From NCBI RefSeq assembly GCF_006345805.1, contig NC_043007.1:15066001-15130000 (forward strand): a stretch of DNA of 64,000 bases, written 5' to 3'. The position numbers and the translations under genes were made by a program. The DNA is from Octopus sinensis (lineage: Eukaryota). Below, piece after piece: positions 24,833 to 38,476 of this stretch (the stretch's first letter is position 1; every line of letters begins with the position of its first letter). Below the pieces are notes generated by a model that was not told where the DNA came from, did not search any database, and was given only the letters and a program-made list of their open reading frames with translations.

Positions 24833-24955
24833 CTTTTCTACTTTAGGCACAAGGCCCGAAATTTTTGGGGAGGTGGGGCCAGTCGATTAGATCAACCTCA
24901 GTACGCAACTGGTACTTAATTTATTGACCCCGAAAGGATGAAAGGCAAAGTCGAT
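24833..24955 (-). mobile_element. SINE type A 3' fragment, alternative tail
   Basis: AGGCACAAGGCCCGAAATTTT...GGTACTTAATTTATTGACCCCGAAAGGATGAAAGGC. Confidence 0.8.
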
Positions 24956-25267
24956 ATCGTATATTACGACTTTACATCTACGATTTCCTGTAGACACATT
25001 CTAAATAGGCCAAGGTCTGGGTTTCTGGATTCTTGCACACACAAGCATACATACAGACGACACACACACACACTCACACTCACATGCTCACGTACACATG
25101 CAATCAGGCATTCACATAACAATCTGCTCTCATATTTTGTTAATGTATAAATAACAACAGGTTCATTCATAAATAGATACGCTTAATTACATACAAACAT
25201 GTATATATACATGCGCGCTCACACACACAAACAAACACACACACACACACAACATATACACTCACAA

Positions 25268-25298
<31 letters not shown>

Positions 25299-25407
25299 CA
25301 CACACACACACGCACTCACACACACACACACACAAACAACAACACACACACACACACACACTCACACACGCACTCACACTCACACTCACACACCACACAC
25401 ACGCACT

Positions 25408-25438
<31 letters not shown>

Positions 25439-25531
25439 TCACACACACACACACACACACTCACACACACACTCACACTCACACTCACACACACACACAC
25501 GCACTCACACACACACACACACTCGCTCTCC

Positions 25532-25566
<35 letters not shown>

Positions 25567-26797
25567 CTTCATAGACATACTCCATGTACGAGCATAACAA
25601 TACTGACATACAAACGATTCCCACTCCAGCAAATCTTTCATAATTATCTCAGGCCTCTCTGCAACTTTTCTGCCAACGCCTTTTGCGTCTGGCAGTTGTT
25701 CTTAATAAAAGATTGAAATAAAACTTGGCAGCTATTTAAGAAATACTATGGCAAGTAGAGGGAAAGATGTGGAGGAGAAAGTAAAGAGAGAGGGCGGTAG
25801 AAAGGGAGATAAATGACGGGAGTAGGTGAGTGGAGAAGTAAGGGAAAAGGAGAGTGTAACCGCAGACGATGACGTTTGGGTTTGTGATTGGGTAGAAGAT
25901 GTTTGTGGAAAGATAGAGAGAATAGAATTGTGTATGAGAGAGAATGCAGGAGAGAGAGAGAGAGAGAGAAAGAAAGAATGAGTGAGAGAGAAAGAGAGGG
26001 AGAGAGAGATGGGGAGAAAGAAAGGGAGAGGGTATGAACAAGAAAGAGAAAGAGAGATTTGAAGAGAAAGATAGTGAAATGAAAATGGGAGACATCTTGA
26101 AAGTGAAAACAATGGGTTGAAAAAGGAAAGGTAGAAAGGCACACCCAGGTGTGTATGTATATTTATACACATATACAAATGTATAAGTTATATTTATATG
26201 TATATTTATATAACATATGTAATATATGCGTCTATATATGAAGAGAAAGTAAGGGATAGAGAGAGAGACAGACAGAAGGAGAAGAGGGACGAGTGTTGAG
26301 GTGGAAATATTCATGTTATGGGAATAAAAAGCGGCGAAGCGTTACTTTCGCAAAAATATGAAGCAGATTTTATATTTGTTTCATAAGATAAGGCAGATCT
26401 TGACGCATGAAGAAGGTTTTGGCAGAAGGCTTCCGTTTTCGAACATCATAAGTCAACATTTTGACACTGGTTCATTACCTGTGAGGCTATCAACTGAATA
26501 TCTTCCGTCATAAGATATATCTTAACCGATATAGAAACTGTCAGTTTGGTCTGTATAATTCCCTTGAAAGTCCTTCTCAATCGATTCTGAAAATGATAAA
26601 TGTTGGCGCACTTTGGGCCGATGGTCAGTATTTGCTCTAAACATTCCCTCACTCCAATATAAAGCACTATTTTCTATAGAAAAAACAATGCTTTGTGTTT
26701 ATTTAGATTTATTGGTTCAATGCAGAAATGGAGGAAGTTCTTTGACAAGCTTTATTGACTAGGGGTTTGAAAGTCAATATCACTTGTTGCCAAACGT

Positions 26798-26854
<57 letters not shown>

Positions 26855-26896
26855 CAGACGTTTGGCAAAGTGATATTGACTATATATAATATATAT

Positions 26897-27275
26897 TTAC
26901 TCTTTTCTTGTTTCAGTCATGTGACTGTGGCCATGCTGGAGCATCGCCTTTTAGTCGAGCAAATCGACCCCAGGACTTATTCTTTGTAAGCATAGTACGT
27001 ATTCTATCGGCCCCTTTTGCCGAACCGCTAAGTTACACACCACCATCGATGTCAAGCGATGTTGTGTGTGTGGGGGGGGGACACAGACATAAATACATAC
27101 CTATATATATATATATATATATATATACATACGACGGGCTTCTTTCAGTTTCCGTCTACCAAATCTACTCACAAGGCTATTGTAGAAGACACTTGCCGAA
27201 TGTGCCACGCAGTGGGACTGAACCCGGAACCATGTAGTTCGTAAGCAAGGTACTTACCACACAGCCACTCCTACG
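26897..27275 (-). mobile_element. SINE type B
   Basis: B head, core and tail with small deletions. Confidence 0.88.
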
Positions 27276-27601
27276 CTATATATTACATGCTCTAAATATA
27301 TATATACATACATAAATATATATACATACATACTTTAAATAAAATTCTTGATTCAGTAGCACTGTGTACAAACTCTATACTTGGAATGACCAATTTTAAA
27401 TACTATTGGATTTTACTCATTGGATTTTATTGGATTTTATGGGAATCTTATATGTATACAATTCTGCCTAAATAATGGATCTACAAATGGATCTACAAAT
27501 GCAATATCCCTGCATATCTCACATCTATTTTCATTCCTCCACTTCACTCTCTATTTCGTATCTTATCTAACTTAACTATTATTTAACCAACTTCTCACAC
27601 C

Positions 27602-27649
27602 GTCTCCGAAGAAGGGATATAATAAATATCCTGGAAACAGCTGTAAGCC
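27602..27649 (+). ncRNA. Degenerate minimal hammerhead motif (CCGAAGA core, AGCT loop)
   Basis: gtCT-CCGAAGA-aGGGATAT aataa ATATCCTg-GAAAC-AGCT-GTA-AGcc; mismatches in stems I and II. Confidence 0.55.
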
Positions 27650-27827
27650 CTTCTATTTATAAATGTTCTAAAATCTTCACAGCCTTGGTTTTTTTATCTC
27701 GTCCTGAAAAAAAATTGTTATATGTACATACATATCCTTATTTTTGATACACATACACGCGCACGCACACACACACATAAACAAATATATGCACACACAC
27801 ATACACACACACATATGTATCAAAAAT

Positions 27828-28190
27828 AAGGAGCGCATATAAATAATGCGGTTTTTTATACTTTTATTTTTCATAATTAATTAAGATAAACAAAGTTCTT
27901 TCTGAATCTAAAATATACTCTCCTTCATTTTCTACAAGACTCTTCATTCTATCTGGTAGGCTTGCAAAGACCCTGTTCCCAAATTCACTTGTCCGTGACG
28001 AAAAATACTCCTCCAGTACTGTTCTCACCTCGTATACAGAATTCATATTTTTCAATCCAAAATATTTTGAAGACTGCGGAATAAATATTAATCAAATGGG
28101 ACAATGTCCGGCGAATATGGAGGGCGGGGCATCGTTTCCCGTTCAAACTGCACCAGCCTTTGAAATGGAAGAACACCTTTCATCTTGAGA
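27828..28190 (-). pseudogene. mariner transposase C-terminal remnant and 3' end
   Basis: ETMPRPPYSPDIVPFD*YLFRSLQNILD/KNMNSVYEVRTVLEEYFSSRTSEF...SLPDRMKSLVENEGEYILD; YSPD.P.D motif. Confidence 0.82.
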
Positions 28191-28274
28191 CCAACCAAAG
28201 ATAGTCGTTTTTCTTCTAGCGCTGATTTACTCGCAGTAGATCTCCTTTGTTATTGGCATTCGCGCTGGAAGTTC

Positions 28275-28947
28275 CAATTGGAACAGAACAACAATTGGCT
28301 TGCCGTGGCCCCAAAACATGTACCGAGAGTGATAAAATTGAAATATCCATGGTGTTTGGAGTGATCACTACTGATGGTGATGTTATGCCTCCATTTATCT
28401 TCTCACACAACCTCAGACTCAACACGGAGGTCTACATCAAATATCTTAGGAGATAGTGCTGCACTGGGTCAAGAGGTTGGCTGCTGGAAGGCCCTATGTC
28501 TGGCAAAATGACTCTGCACCATGCCAGATAATCAGGAGAACCCAGTGACGGCTATCAGACAATTTCTGCAACAACATAACCCCTAACACCTGGCTACTTA
28601 ACTTCCCAGACTGCAGCCCACTTGATTATTAAGTGTGGGGCGCAGTTGAGCGAGAGGCCAATAAAGCTCCTTGTAACACCAAAGAGGAATTGTAGGGAAG
28701 GATTATAGCAGCATTCACCATCTTAAACAAGGAGACCGTCCACAAGAGTTGCAGGAGCATCTGAAGTCGTCTGGCGGTCGTGATGGAAGCCAATGGCGAT
28801 TCTATTGAACAAATTTACTGTTTAATAGTTCAAGATATTTTTATGTGATTTTGGTAAATATAGCTGTGAAAATAAACTGTCAGTGTTATTTTAAATTTTG
28901 CATAATTTAGACGACAGTATATTCACCGCAAACGGTGAATATACTGT
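28275..28947 (+). pseudogene. Decayed DD37D (maT) transposase, 3' half
   Basis: MVFGVITTDGDVMPPFIFSHNLRLNTEVYIKYL/WVKRLAAGRPYVWQNDSAPC...WLLNFPDCSPLDY*VWGAVERE...EANGDSIE; D37D spacing. Confidence 0.88.
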
Positions 28948-28987
28948 TTGAATATACGTGTGTGTGCGTATATATATATATATATAT

Positions 28988-29038
<51 letters not shown>

Positions 29039-29136
29039 ACGTATAATAAATGCCCAAACGAAAACAGACATTGAATGGCAGAACAGAAGAGCAAATAAAA
29101 AAAAACATTAAATGCATAGGTGAACGGAAAACACAC

Positions 29137-29204
<68 letters not shown>

Positions 29205-29579
29205 TATATAATGTATACACTTCAATAAATTACTACTCACATAAAGTTGATCAGCTATCATTGACACGTTGCTTAGACACCAGTCTGCCATAAACGAATG
29301 AATATCTTTGAAGTGATGTTTAACGGTCTTCTACTAAACCGGAAATACCTTCATTAAAACAACATTGGGTCATTTCTGGATACTTTTCAGCTTGAGCAAT
29401 GCTGGGTATCCTATTACCGAGTGTGTATGTGTATGTGTGCGCGCGCGCGTATGTATGTAATACGCATATATTTATGGACACAGTAATAATAATAATAATA
29501 ATGATAATAATAATAATAATAATTAAAAAAAATAATAATAATAATAATGATAATAATAATAATAATAATAATAATAATA

Positions 29580-30130
29580 GATGCAGTACCAGGCAGTGGC
29601 TCTCATGGCTTCTGATCTTAACTGATTGGAAGTGTTATCATGTACATTGTTTTGTCTTGGTATAAAAGAGGGCTACAGCAAATATTCTGCTCAATACCAC
29701 AGATTTGCTTGTCAGTTGTTTGACCTTAACCAGTTGAGCATGTCCCTTAGTGGCTGACGATATGTGCATCTCTGATCACGAGCAGAAGTAGTGTGGAGCA
29801 TCATGGCCATGTGTTGAGAGGGATTCTTTGGAGTTTGAATGGTTCACCTCTGGAAACATAGGTGTTTTCGTTCAACATCCTAAAGCAACCCTTATTCAAG
29901 GACCGTTTGAGCAGGATGGGCTACTCAACCTGAAGAAAATTCTAACTGGGCCCCACCTGCAAGGTCATGTGCTGTTTATCTTGATATGAGATCACCATGT
30001 CGCGCACATATGGTTGTGATGCATGTGGCCTGGTGTACCTTTATCAGACGGGTAGTCATGATGGGTATATTGGGCTTCGTATATTTTACCCCAGTGTCAC
30101 TTTGATGGCATGAACTGCTTCTCTCACTCA
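29580..30130 (+). mobile_element. 5'-truncated LINE 3' UTR in a (TAA)n tract, probable Dong/R4-like
   Basis: Flanked on both sides by (TAA)n and ends CTCACTC(AAT)n; fragments recur at 30472-30540 and 62190-62295; Dong elements are known to target (TAA)n; family assignment inferred. Confidence 0.55.
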
Positions 30131-30166
30131 ATAATAAAAATAATAATAATAAAATAAAAAAAAAAA

Positions 30167-30218
<52 letters not shown>

Positions 30219-30904
30219 CATAATAATATTGATAATAAATCGTGTTGACTGGAACGACTCATGTACTGAGAAGAGCATTATCGCTGTGAAAACAACATCC
30301 ATTCATGAATTTATTTATTTATTAATTTTTTTAATACATATTTTACCTGTGAATTTGCGTGTGTAATCTGGGAATGCATACAATGAGCTTCTCTGCCCCT
30401 AGGTGTACGGAAAACACTCAGCGAGAAACGGAAGAAAATTTGAAGAAAGAAAGAAAAAAAAATAATAATAAATGCCCTGATGCAGTACCTGGCAATGGCT
30501 CAAGTGGCTTCTGATCTCAACTGATTGGAAGTGTTATCATCGATCGAACATAAAAGAACAGTCGTATCAGGTATTGTGCATAGGTATTTTTTTTTACTTG
30601 TTTAAGACATTTGATTTCAGCGATGATGGGGCACGGCTTTGAAGGGATTTAAGTCGAACAGATCGACTTATGTACTTGGTATATTTTTGAAGCCTAGTAT
30701 TTTTTATCGGCGTCTTTTGCTTAAATGTTAAGTTAAAGAGACATAAACACACCACCAACGGTTGTCAAGTGGTAGCGGGGGACGAGAACAAACACAGAGG
30801 CACACACATATAAATGTATACATAAATACACACACAAGAGCGCGCACATACGCGATATATATATATATAAGTATGTATATTATATGTGTATATATATATA
30901 TATG

Positions 30905-30971
<67 letters not shown>

Positions 30972-31107
30972 AATGGTGTTTATCTAATGGATAACCGCCC
31001 TCCCCATCACGCAACCTTACTAAATCCCTGGATTTGCCGAGAGATTTTACTTCGTATTGTTTCGGCCTTACCCGATCCTTATACCTTATATATATATATA
31101 TATATAT

Positions 31108-31154
<47 letters not shown>

Positions 31155-31359
31155 ATATATATATAGATATTATATATTATATATACACACAAATTGAGAT
31201 AGGTTTGTAATGCAACCTCCATGGGATAACATATATTCAATATACTGCTAGTGAGTACCCAACAAAGTTAATACATAAATGTTAAGGATTGCGATGCAAT
31301 CAATTCATTTACTGTATTATATGGGCAAAGGTAAAATGATTTACCACAAATTCATAATG

Positions 31360-32297
31360 CAAAATAAGAAAATGGAGAAATACATCTAAATCAAATATCA
31401 ATTACCAGATAATACTCAATCACATACTTTATTAAACCACCACATAAGAAACTATAGGGTTAAACATAAAAAAGTAGAACAAAACAGTTGTCAATACCAT
31501 TAATGCTATCAATATCATCATTCATATTATTATTAATAACGCTAATACTAGAAAAACAATTTATAGATTCCATTATTAGCAATATAGTCACAATAGTACT
31601 ACAGTACCATGCAAAGTGTTAAATATCCGCAGCATTAATGGTATTGACAACGATAATGATGCTAACTTTAGAAATTAGTAGGAATTAATATAATGTACTA
31701 TTGACTCTGTATATCTGCATTTAAGTATTAATATGTGTATGTTTATTATCATAATATTAAGTTGAAAAACTGTAACATTGAATGTGGAACATATGTATGT
31801 TTACTAATTTATATTATTTATATCATTATGTATATGTATAATATATTTATATGTAAGTGTGAGTATATGCACTCATATGTATATGTATATGTTGTATTAG
31901 GGGTATGTACCCACACCCATATGGGTATATACGTACTGATTTATATCACAATAATCTCCGAAGAGGCCTTATGATATGTTTGTAAATGTCTCATTTATAA
32001 CAACATATTGACCTACCATAAAAGGCTAATATTAGTAAAATGAGACATACTTATTTACATGGCCGAAACAGCTGTAAGATGTAATCTATATTTATATTTA
32101 TATTTACTTATATTTATATTCTCTTATATATATTCTACTTATTGTATAACATTACTCTTTTATGTACACTGTTTTGTTCTACTTTTTTTTTGTTTAACCC
32201 TATAGTTTCTTATGTGGTGGTTTAATAAAGTATGTGATTGTGTATTATCTGGTAATTGATATTTGATTTAGATGTATTTCTCCATTTTCTTATCTTG
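31360..32297. repeat. ~130-bp inverted repeat pair (31360-31488 / 32168-32297) enclosing a hammerhead motif
   Basis: Arms reverse-complementary with few mismatches; unit bounded by (TA)n on both sides. Confidence 0.85.
31954..32080 (+). ncRNA. Type I hammerhead motif with ~100-nt extended stem II
   Basis: ATCT-CCGAAGA-GGCC...GTAAAT.GTCTCATTT...AAATGAGAC...ATTTAC..GGCC-GAAAC-AGCT-GTA-AGAT. Confidence 0.72.
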
Positions 32298-33086
32298 TAA
32301 TATATATATATATATATATATATATACATTATATATATCAATCAATGTATGTATGTATGTATCTATGTATCTATCTATATACAATGTAAGCTTTTCCCAG
32401 TTTCCGTATACCGAATCCCCTCACAAGGCCATGGTTGGCTCGAAGCTATAGCAGAAGACACTTGTTCAATGTGTCACACATTGGAACTGAATCCTGAACT
32501 ATCTGGGACTGGACCTGAACTGTGCTGCAGTTTTTTTTATTAAATGTGTTACTGTAAAAGATATACAAAAGATATGCTTATCAAAATAGGATATGTGGTG
32601 CCACTAGGATTGTTATTGGAGGTGATGGTGGTAGAAGCGGTAGCTGTTGGTGGTAGCCATTGTTTGTGAAGCAGTAGGAGTGGCTGAGGCAACGATAAGG
32701 CGGTCAGGATGATGTGAATGTTGCATGCTGTTCTTTAGGATATCAAGGCTGACTTACTGAAACAGATTGGTCACCAGTGAGAACCGCAATGTGCGTCTTT
32801 ACATATATACATACATACAGACACACATACTCACACACGCACACACTCACACAAACACACACATCCACTGACACTCAAACACAGTTACATATACATACAT
32901 ATGTACATGTATTCGTACACTCACACACCATAGTTACTTATACATACGTACATGCATTCGTTCAAAAACACGCACGCATATACGTACGTGTAAATATACA
33001 TACATGAGAAAATAGAAAAAGGTTGAGTGCTAGCGATACATACACGTACTTGTATATATTATATATTATATATATAATATATATAT

Positions 33087-33129
<43 letters not shown>

Positions 33130-33132
<3 letters not shown>

Positions 33133-33288
33133 CTTTACTACCCACAAGGAGCTAAACACAGAGGGGACAGACAAAGGTATTAAGTCGATTATATTGACCC
33201 CAGTTCGAAACTGGTACTTAATTTATCGACCCGAAAAGATGAAAGGCAAAGTCGACCTCGGCGGAATTTGAACTCGGAACGTAACGAC
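33130..33288 (-). mobile_element. SINE type A, 5'-truncated
   Basis: A core and tail between (TA)n tracts. Confidence 0.85.
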
Positions 33289-33302
33289 ATATATATATAT
33301 AT

Positions 33303-33337
<35 letters not shown>

Positions 33338-33969
33338 AGGTGTGGGTGTATATTGTCCTTTCGTGTGAATTCCGTATATTTAACCTGGAAAAATCCCAAC
33401 CCTATGGTTCCCAAACTTTTTTTTATTTACGATGCACCTTACAAGCAGTCAAAATATTTTGGCGTATTTTGTACATAAATTCTAAAATTTATTCAAAGGA
33501 GGTTTTATGCATATTAGTATAGCACAAACTATAAAGTAATATATACATAATTAAAAATACAGAAAAATTGCATATACTTACTCTTTGTTCAATATATGAA
33601 GCAAAGTTATCAATGAGAAACAGTGATGTTTCGAGGAAACGTTTTCAATATTGGGACGTATTTGAGAAAGACAAACCCTCATTTTTTCTTAGATGCACCG
33701 GAGCCTCTCTCTCTTTTTTTGGAAGTCGTTTAAGCAGTCTTTCAAAATTAATTGAAAAGATGAAAATTTTCGCTACTATATGAATGAAAAAAAAATTGAA
33801 ATACAGACACAATACTTGAGGACGTATATTTTAGTTCAATAGTTTATTTTTCACAATTATTATTGAAATGAAAACTACTGAGGCTACAACCGAAATAAAC
33901 TGAAACATAGTCGTGCACTGAATATGTCCATAAGACATCAATTTCGAGGATAGATTGATACTAATTTAA

Positions 33970-34200
33970 GGCGGCGAGCTGGCAGAAACGTTAGCACGCC
34001 GGGCGAAATGCGTAGCCGTATTTCGTCTGCCGTTACGTTCTGAGTTCAAATTCCGCCGAGGTCGACTTTGCCTTTCCTCCTTTCGGGATCGAGAAATTAA
34101 AGTACCAGTTACGCACTGGGGTCGATGTAATCGACTTAATTTGTTTGTCTGTCCTTGTTTGACCCCTCTGTGTTTAGCCCCTTGTGGGCAGTAAAGAAAT
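33970..34200 (+). mobile_element. SINE type A monomer
   Basis: Full head, core and tail; imperfect TSD AGATTGATxxTAATTTA. Confidence 0.92.
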
Positions 34201-34559
34201 AAGATTGATGTTAATTTAGTTCTTATCCTTATGAAATTTCAGATTCGAAATTGAATAACATTGTCATACCAGAAGTAGCCTAAATGCATTGAATGACACA
34301 ACCACCTCTCATTCTTAGTTTAGATCTAAGTATTTTGATTTTTGTCACTTTGACATTTATATATGAACATTCTAGAGGATTTCGGTTTGTAGTTTTCATA
34401 TTTTCAGATATAATCTTACATTTTCGAGGCGCACCTAATTACCACTGCCCGAACCCAACAATTAATTCATCTTCATTATTGATAATTAAGTTTGCTCAAG
34501 GTGGATTTAATTGCTAATTCCATCCTACACGCTCTTAATTATACCCACACCACTCTATC

Positions 34560-34660
<101 letters not shown>

Positions 34661-35700
34661 GTCTGTTTGTCTATCCCACCGTTGTGTGTGTGAGTGTATG
34701 TGTACATAGATATCGACCAGTCTATCGGATGTTGCTAGTCACAATGTTCTTCCTCGCATTGTTAAAGATTTCTAATGATGAGCCCCGAAGGTCAGGCAGG
34801 CGACCCAATATTTTCTTCAGAACTGTGCCTCAATCCCGCGCAAGGTTAACCATTTACAGCTGAGAGAACTGGAACAACGTCAAATGAAGTGTTTTGCTTA
34901 AGAAACAAAACGCACCGTCGGTCTGGGAATTAAAACCTTATCTATTAGACTACGCGCCTTCACACCCCCACTGTCACAATGACACACACACATATATATA
35001 TTAAAAACCGAGCATGTAATTTGTGAGTTACGCATATGCTATTTCTTGATTCTCTCTGTCAATCTCTTTTGCCTTCTTCTCTCTCCTCTTCTTTGAACTT
35101 TTTTCTGTTTTCTCTGTATATACGATGAAGTGCTAAGTCCGAAACGTCATGCTTTAATACTTAACTTGCACATTTTATATTATTTTCGAGCGTCAAAATA
35201 ATAATATTCTCTACGAATGTGCCTGAAGCTTTTGTCGTTGTTTTTTTTGTATTTGAATTCATCATATAAGAGAAACGCCGGTCAAGTTTTAATGGCATAT
35301 ACATAGCAGGTGGCTACATATCATAGTATCCCTTTAAACCCAATCATGCTGATGTATAGGTTACTGATGCATGATTTTTTACCGTAAGGGTCATTCTTCT
35401 ATCCTCTCTTCTTGGCCAAAGTTTTCAGCACAAGACTATCAAGAATACAGACGCAGACACACATAGACATACAGACACACACACACACACACACACATAC
35501 ATATACGCTCACACACCACACACACCACACACACGCAAACACACTTACAGAGACGTATAAACACCGAAGTACTGAACGGACGTTATTCACGCAAAAAATA
35601 TGTAAAAGAACATACACCTGCATAAATGCAATTACTACTCATCCACGTATTAACAAACTCCTAGCAATGTCTTTACTCAAAGAATAGCTTTAACTCCATG

Positions 35701-36365
35701 AAGAACGAATATAAATTTCAAATAACGAATATAAATTTCAAAGAACGAATATAAATTTCAAAAAACGAAAATAAATTTCAAAGAACGAATATAAATTTCA
35801 AAGAACGAATATAAATTTCAAATAACGAATATAAATTTCAAAGAACGAATATAAATTTCAAAGAACGAATATAAATTTCAAAGAACGAATATAAATTTCA
35901 AAAAACGAAAATAAATTTCAAAGAACGAATATAAATTTCAAAGAACGAATATAAATTTCAAATAACGAATATAAATTTCAAAGAACGAATATAAATTTCA
36001 AAAAACGAAAATAAATTTCAAAGAACGAATATAAATTTCAAATAACGAATATAAATTTCAAAAAACGAAATTAAATTTCAAATACGAAATATATTTCAAA
36101 GAACCTAATATAATTTCAAATAACGAAAATAATTTCAAGAACGATATAATTCAAAGAACGAATATAATTCAAAGAACGAATTAAATCCAAATAACGAAAA
36201 TAAATTTCAAAGAACAAATATAAAATTTCAAAGAACGAAATAAATCAAAGAACGAATATAAATTTCAAAAAAATAAATTCAAAGAACGAATATAAATTTC
36301 AAATAACGAAAATATATTTCAAAAAACCAAAATAAATTTCAAAGAACGAATATAAATTTCAAAGA
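35701..36365. repeat. 20-bp minisatellite (AAGAACGAATATAAATTTCA)n, roughly 33 units
   Basis: 18 exact-length units 35701-36060, then indel-rich decay. Confidence 0.95.
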
Positions 36366-36864
36366 ACTCTCTCTCTCTCTCTCTCTCTCAATCACACACA
36401 CACATATATATATATATGTTTATGTGTAAATATGGTATGTTGTAAAATACCATGTCTATCTACGACCCATAGAGTAGAAACGTAGTGGTGTGCAGGTCTG
36501 ATTTTCAATATCTGCTAGATTAATGTTTTTCGCTGTCTTTTAAGCTGGAGCGTTAAAATTTTACTCATTTACGAGAACTGAAATAATGCTCTGCAATCCA
36601 AATTATTTAGTAGGTTTTTGTGGCTGTTGATGAGCTGCAGGTCAGTCAAATAGAAATAGATATACTGCGATAGACATTCTAGTCGTGGTCATTACGTCAT
36701 TTATTTTATATATTAGGAGCCATATTGTTCAATGTGTTTTTTACGTCACATGAATGTTAAGCTGTGATCTGAGTGAGATTTGGTTTTTATTTCTAACAAG
36801 AGAAATGATTGCGCACAGATTGGTTTCTGTGTGCGAGCGTGTACGTACATACAAACATATATAA

Positions 36865-37415
36865 TACATACATACATACATACATACATACATACATACA
36901 TACATACATACCCGCGCACACATAAACACATACATACATACTTACGTACGTACGTACATACATACATACAAACATACATACATACATACATACATACGTA
37001 CATACATACCCGCGCACACATAAATACGTACATACATACATACATACATACATACGCACATACATACATATACACATACATACACACATACATACACACA
37101 TACATACATACACATACATACATACATACATACATACATACGTACATACATACATACACACATACATACACGCATACATGCATACATACATACATACATA
37201 CACACACACATACATACACACATACATACATACATACATACGTACATACATACCCGCGCGCACATAAATACATACATACATGCATGCAAACATACATACA
37301 TAAATGCATGCATACATACGTACATGCATTATGAATGTATGTATGCATGTATGTATGTATGTATGTATGTATGTATGTATGTATGTATGTATGTATGTAT
37401 GTATGTATGTATGTG
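36865..37415. repeat. (TACA)n tract abutting an inverted (TATG)n tract
   Basis: Polarity switch near 37330; CCCGCGC(A/G)CACATAAA interruption recurs three times. Confidence 0.9.
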
Positions 37416-37914
37416 TATGCGTGCGTACTCCTATCGTTGTGTATACGTGCGTGTTCTTATTGTTGAATTTGGAACATGAAATCGAATTCTCTGCACCTAG
37501 ATGTGTACAGAAAGTTCCCCGGTTTAGTTCTAATGTCAGGTCAACTGGTATACGTGTAGAGTTTTCCTATTAAATTGCGAACAGAATGTCACCAGAGTTA
37601 AACATTGTACTCGCTACGAAGCCATCCAGACGCCGTAATTATTCGACTCTTTTTACTAAAGCTATCAGAAATTGATTCTGTTTCAAGACTGCAATATATA
37701 AGAATTTTGAGTTATTATAGGAATCTAGGTAGAAGTGTCGGCGGTTCGCATATTGTCACACGCACTGAGTGGTATATTGAAGAGCCGCCAATAGAAACTT
37801 GGCAAAGCAGAACGGGGTTATTTTCGAGGATCCTTAGCCCCACTCACTAAAGTGTGTGTGTGTTCGGTGGGGAGTGGATACCGTAAAAAAAATTCACCAG
37901 GTTTCTTTTTGGAT

Positions 37915-38150
37915 TTTCTTATTTCTTTATTGCCCACAAGGGGATAAACATAGAGGGGACAAACAAGGACAGACAAAGGGATTAAGTAAATTACATCGAC
38001 CCCAATGCGTAACTGGTACTTAATTTATCGACCCCGAAAGGATGAAAGGCAAAGTCGACCTCGGCGGAATTTGAACTCAGAACGTAACGGCAGACGAAAT
38101 ACCGCTAAGGATTTCGCCCGGCGCGCTAACGTCTCTGCCAGCTCGTTGTC
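37915..38150 (-). mobile_element. SINE type A monomer
   Basis: Head, core and tail. Confidence 0.9.
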
Positions 38151-38476
38151 TTAGTGCCAGCTCGCTGCCTTCGACACATTGAATAATATTATACTGAATA
38201 CACTGAATCTAATAAACAGACGGTATGGTCACGCCGGGGTATTGCTTTGATTATTGACCTGTTTACTAGGCTCCCCAAATCCACTATATTGTGAAATATA
38301 TACTTGCCGAATATCTTGAATAAGAGGTCTGTAGATAGCTCCTGGTCTTTCAACCAGCTATCTACATTTTATAGATCTACTGGCACAAGTCTGATTCCGC
38401 AATTGAGAAACAAAATCAACAACAGCAGCAATAGAAATGTAGTGACAATGATGACTACGTTGAACTCAGAATGTAG

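Noticed and set aside
26446-26667. 73-aa non-repetitive ORF
   Set aside because: No ATG start, splice support or recognisable motif; length compatible with chance
35120-35150. CGATGA...CGAAACGTC hammerhead-like words
   Set aside because: Core incomplete and stems do not pair convincingly
35701-36365. CRISPR-like regular array
   Set aside because: Head-to-tail units with no unique spacers, eukaryotic context, no cas genes
37495-37720. Possible very old mariner 5' end
   Set aside because: Only vague TIR and peptide resemblance; too degraded to support
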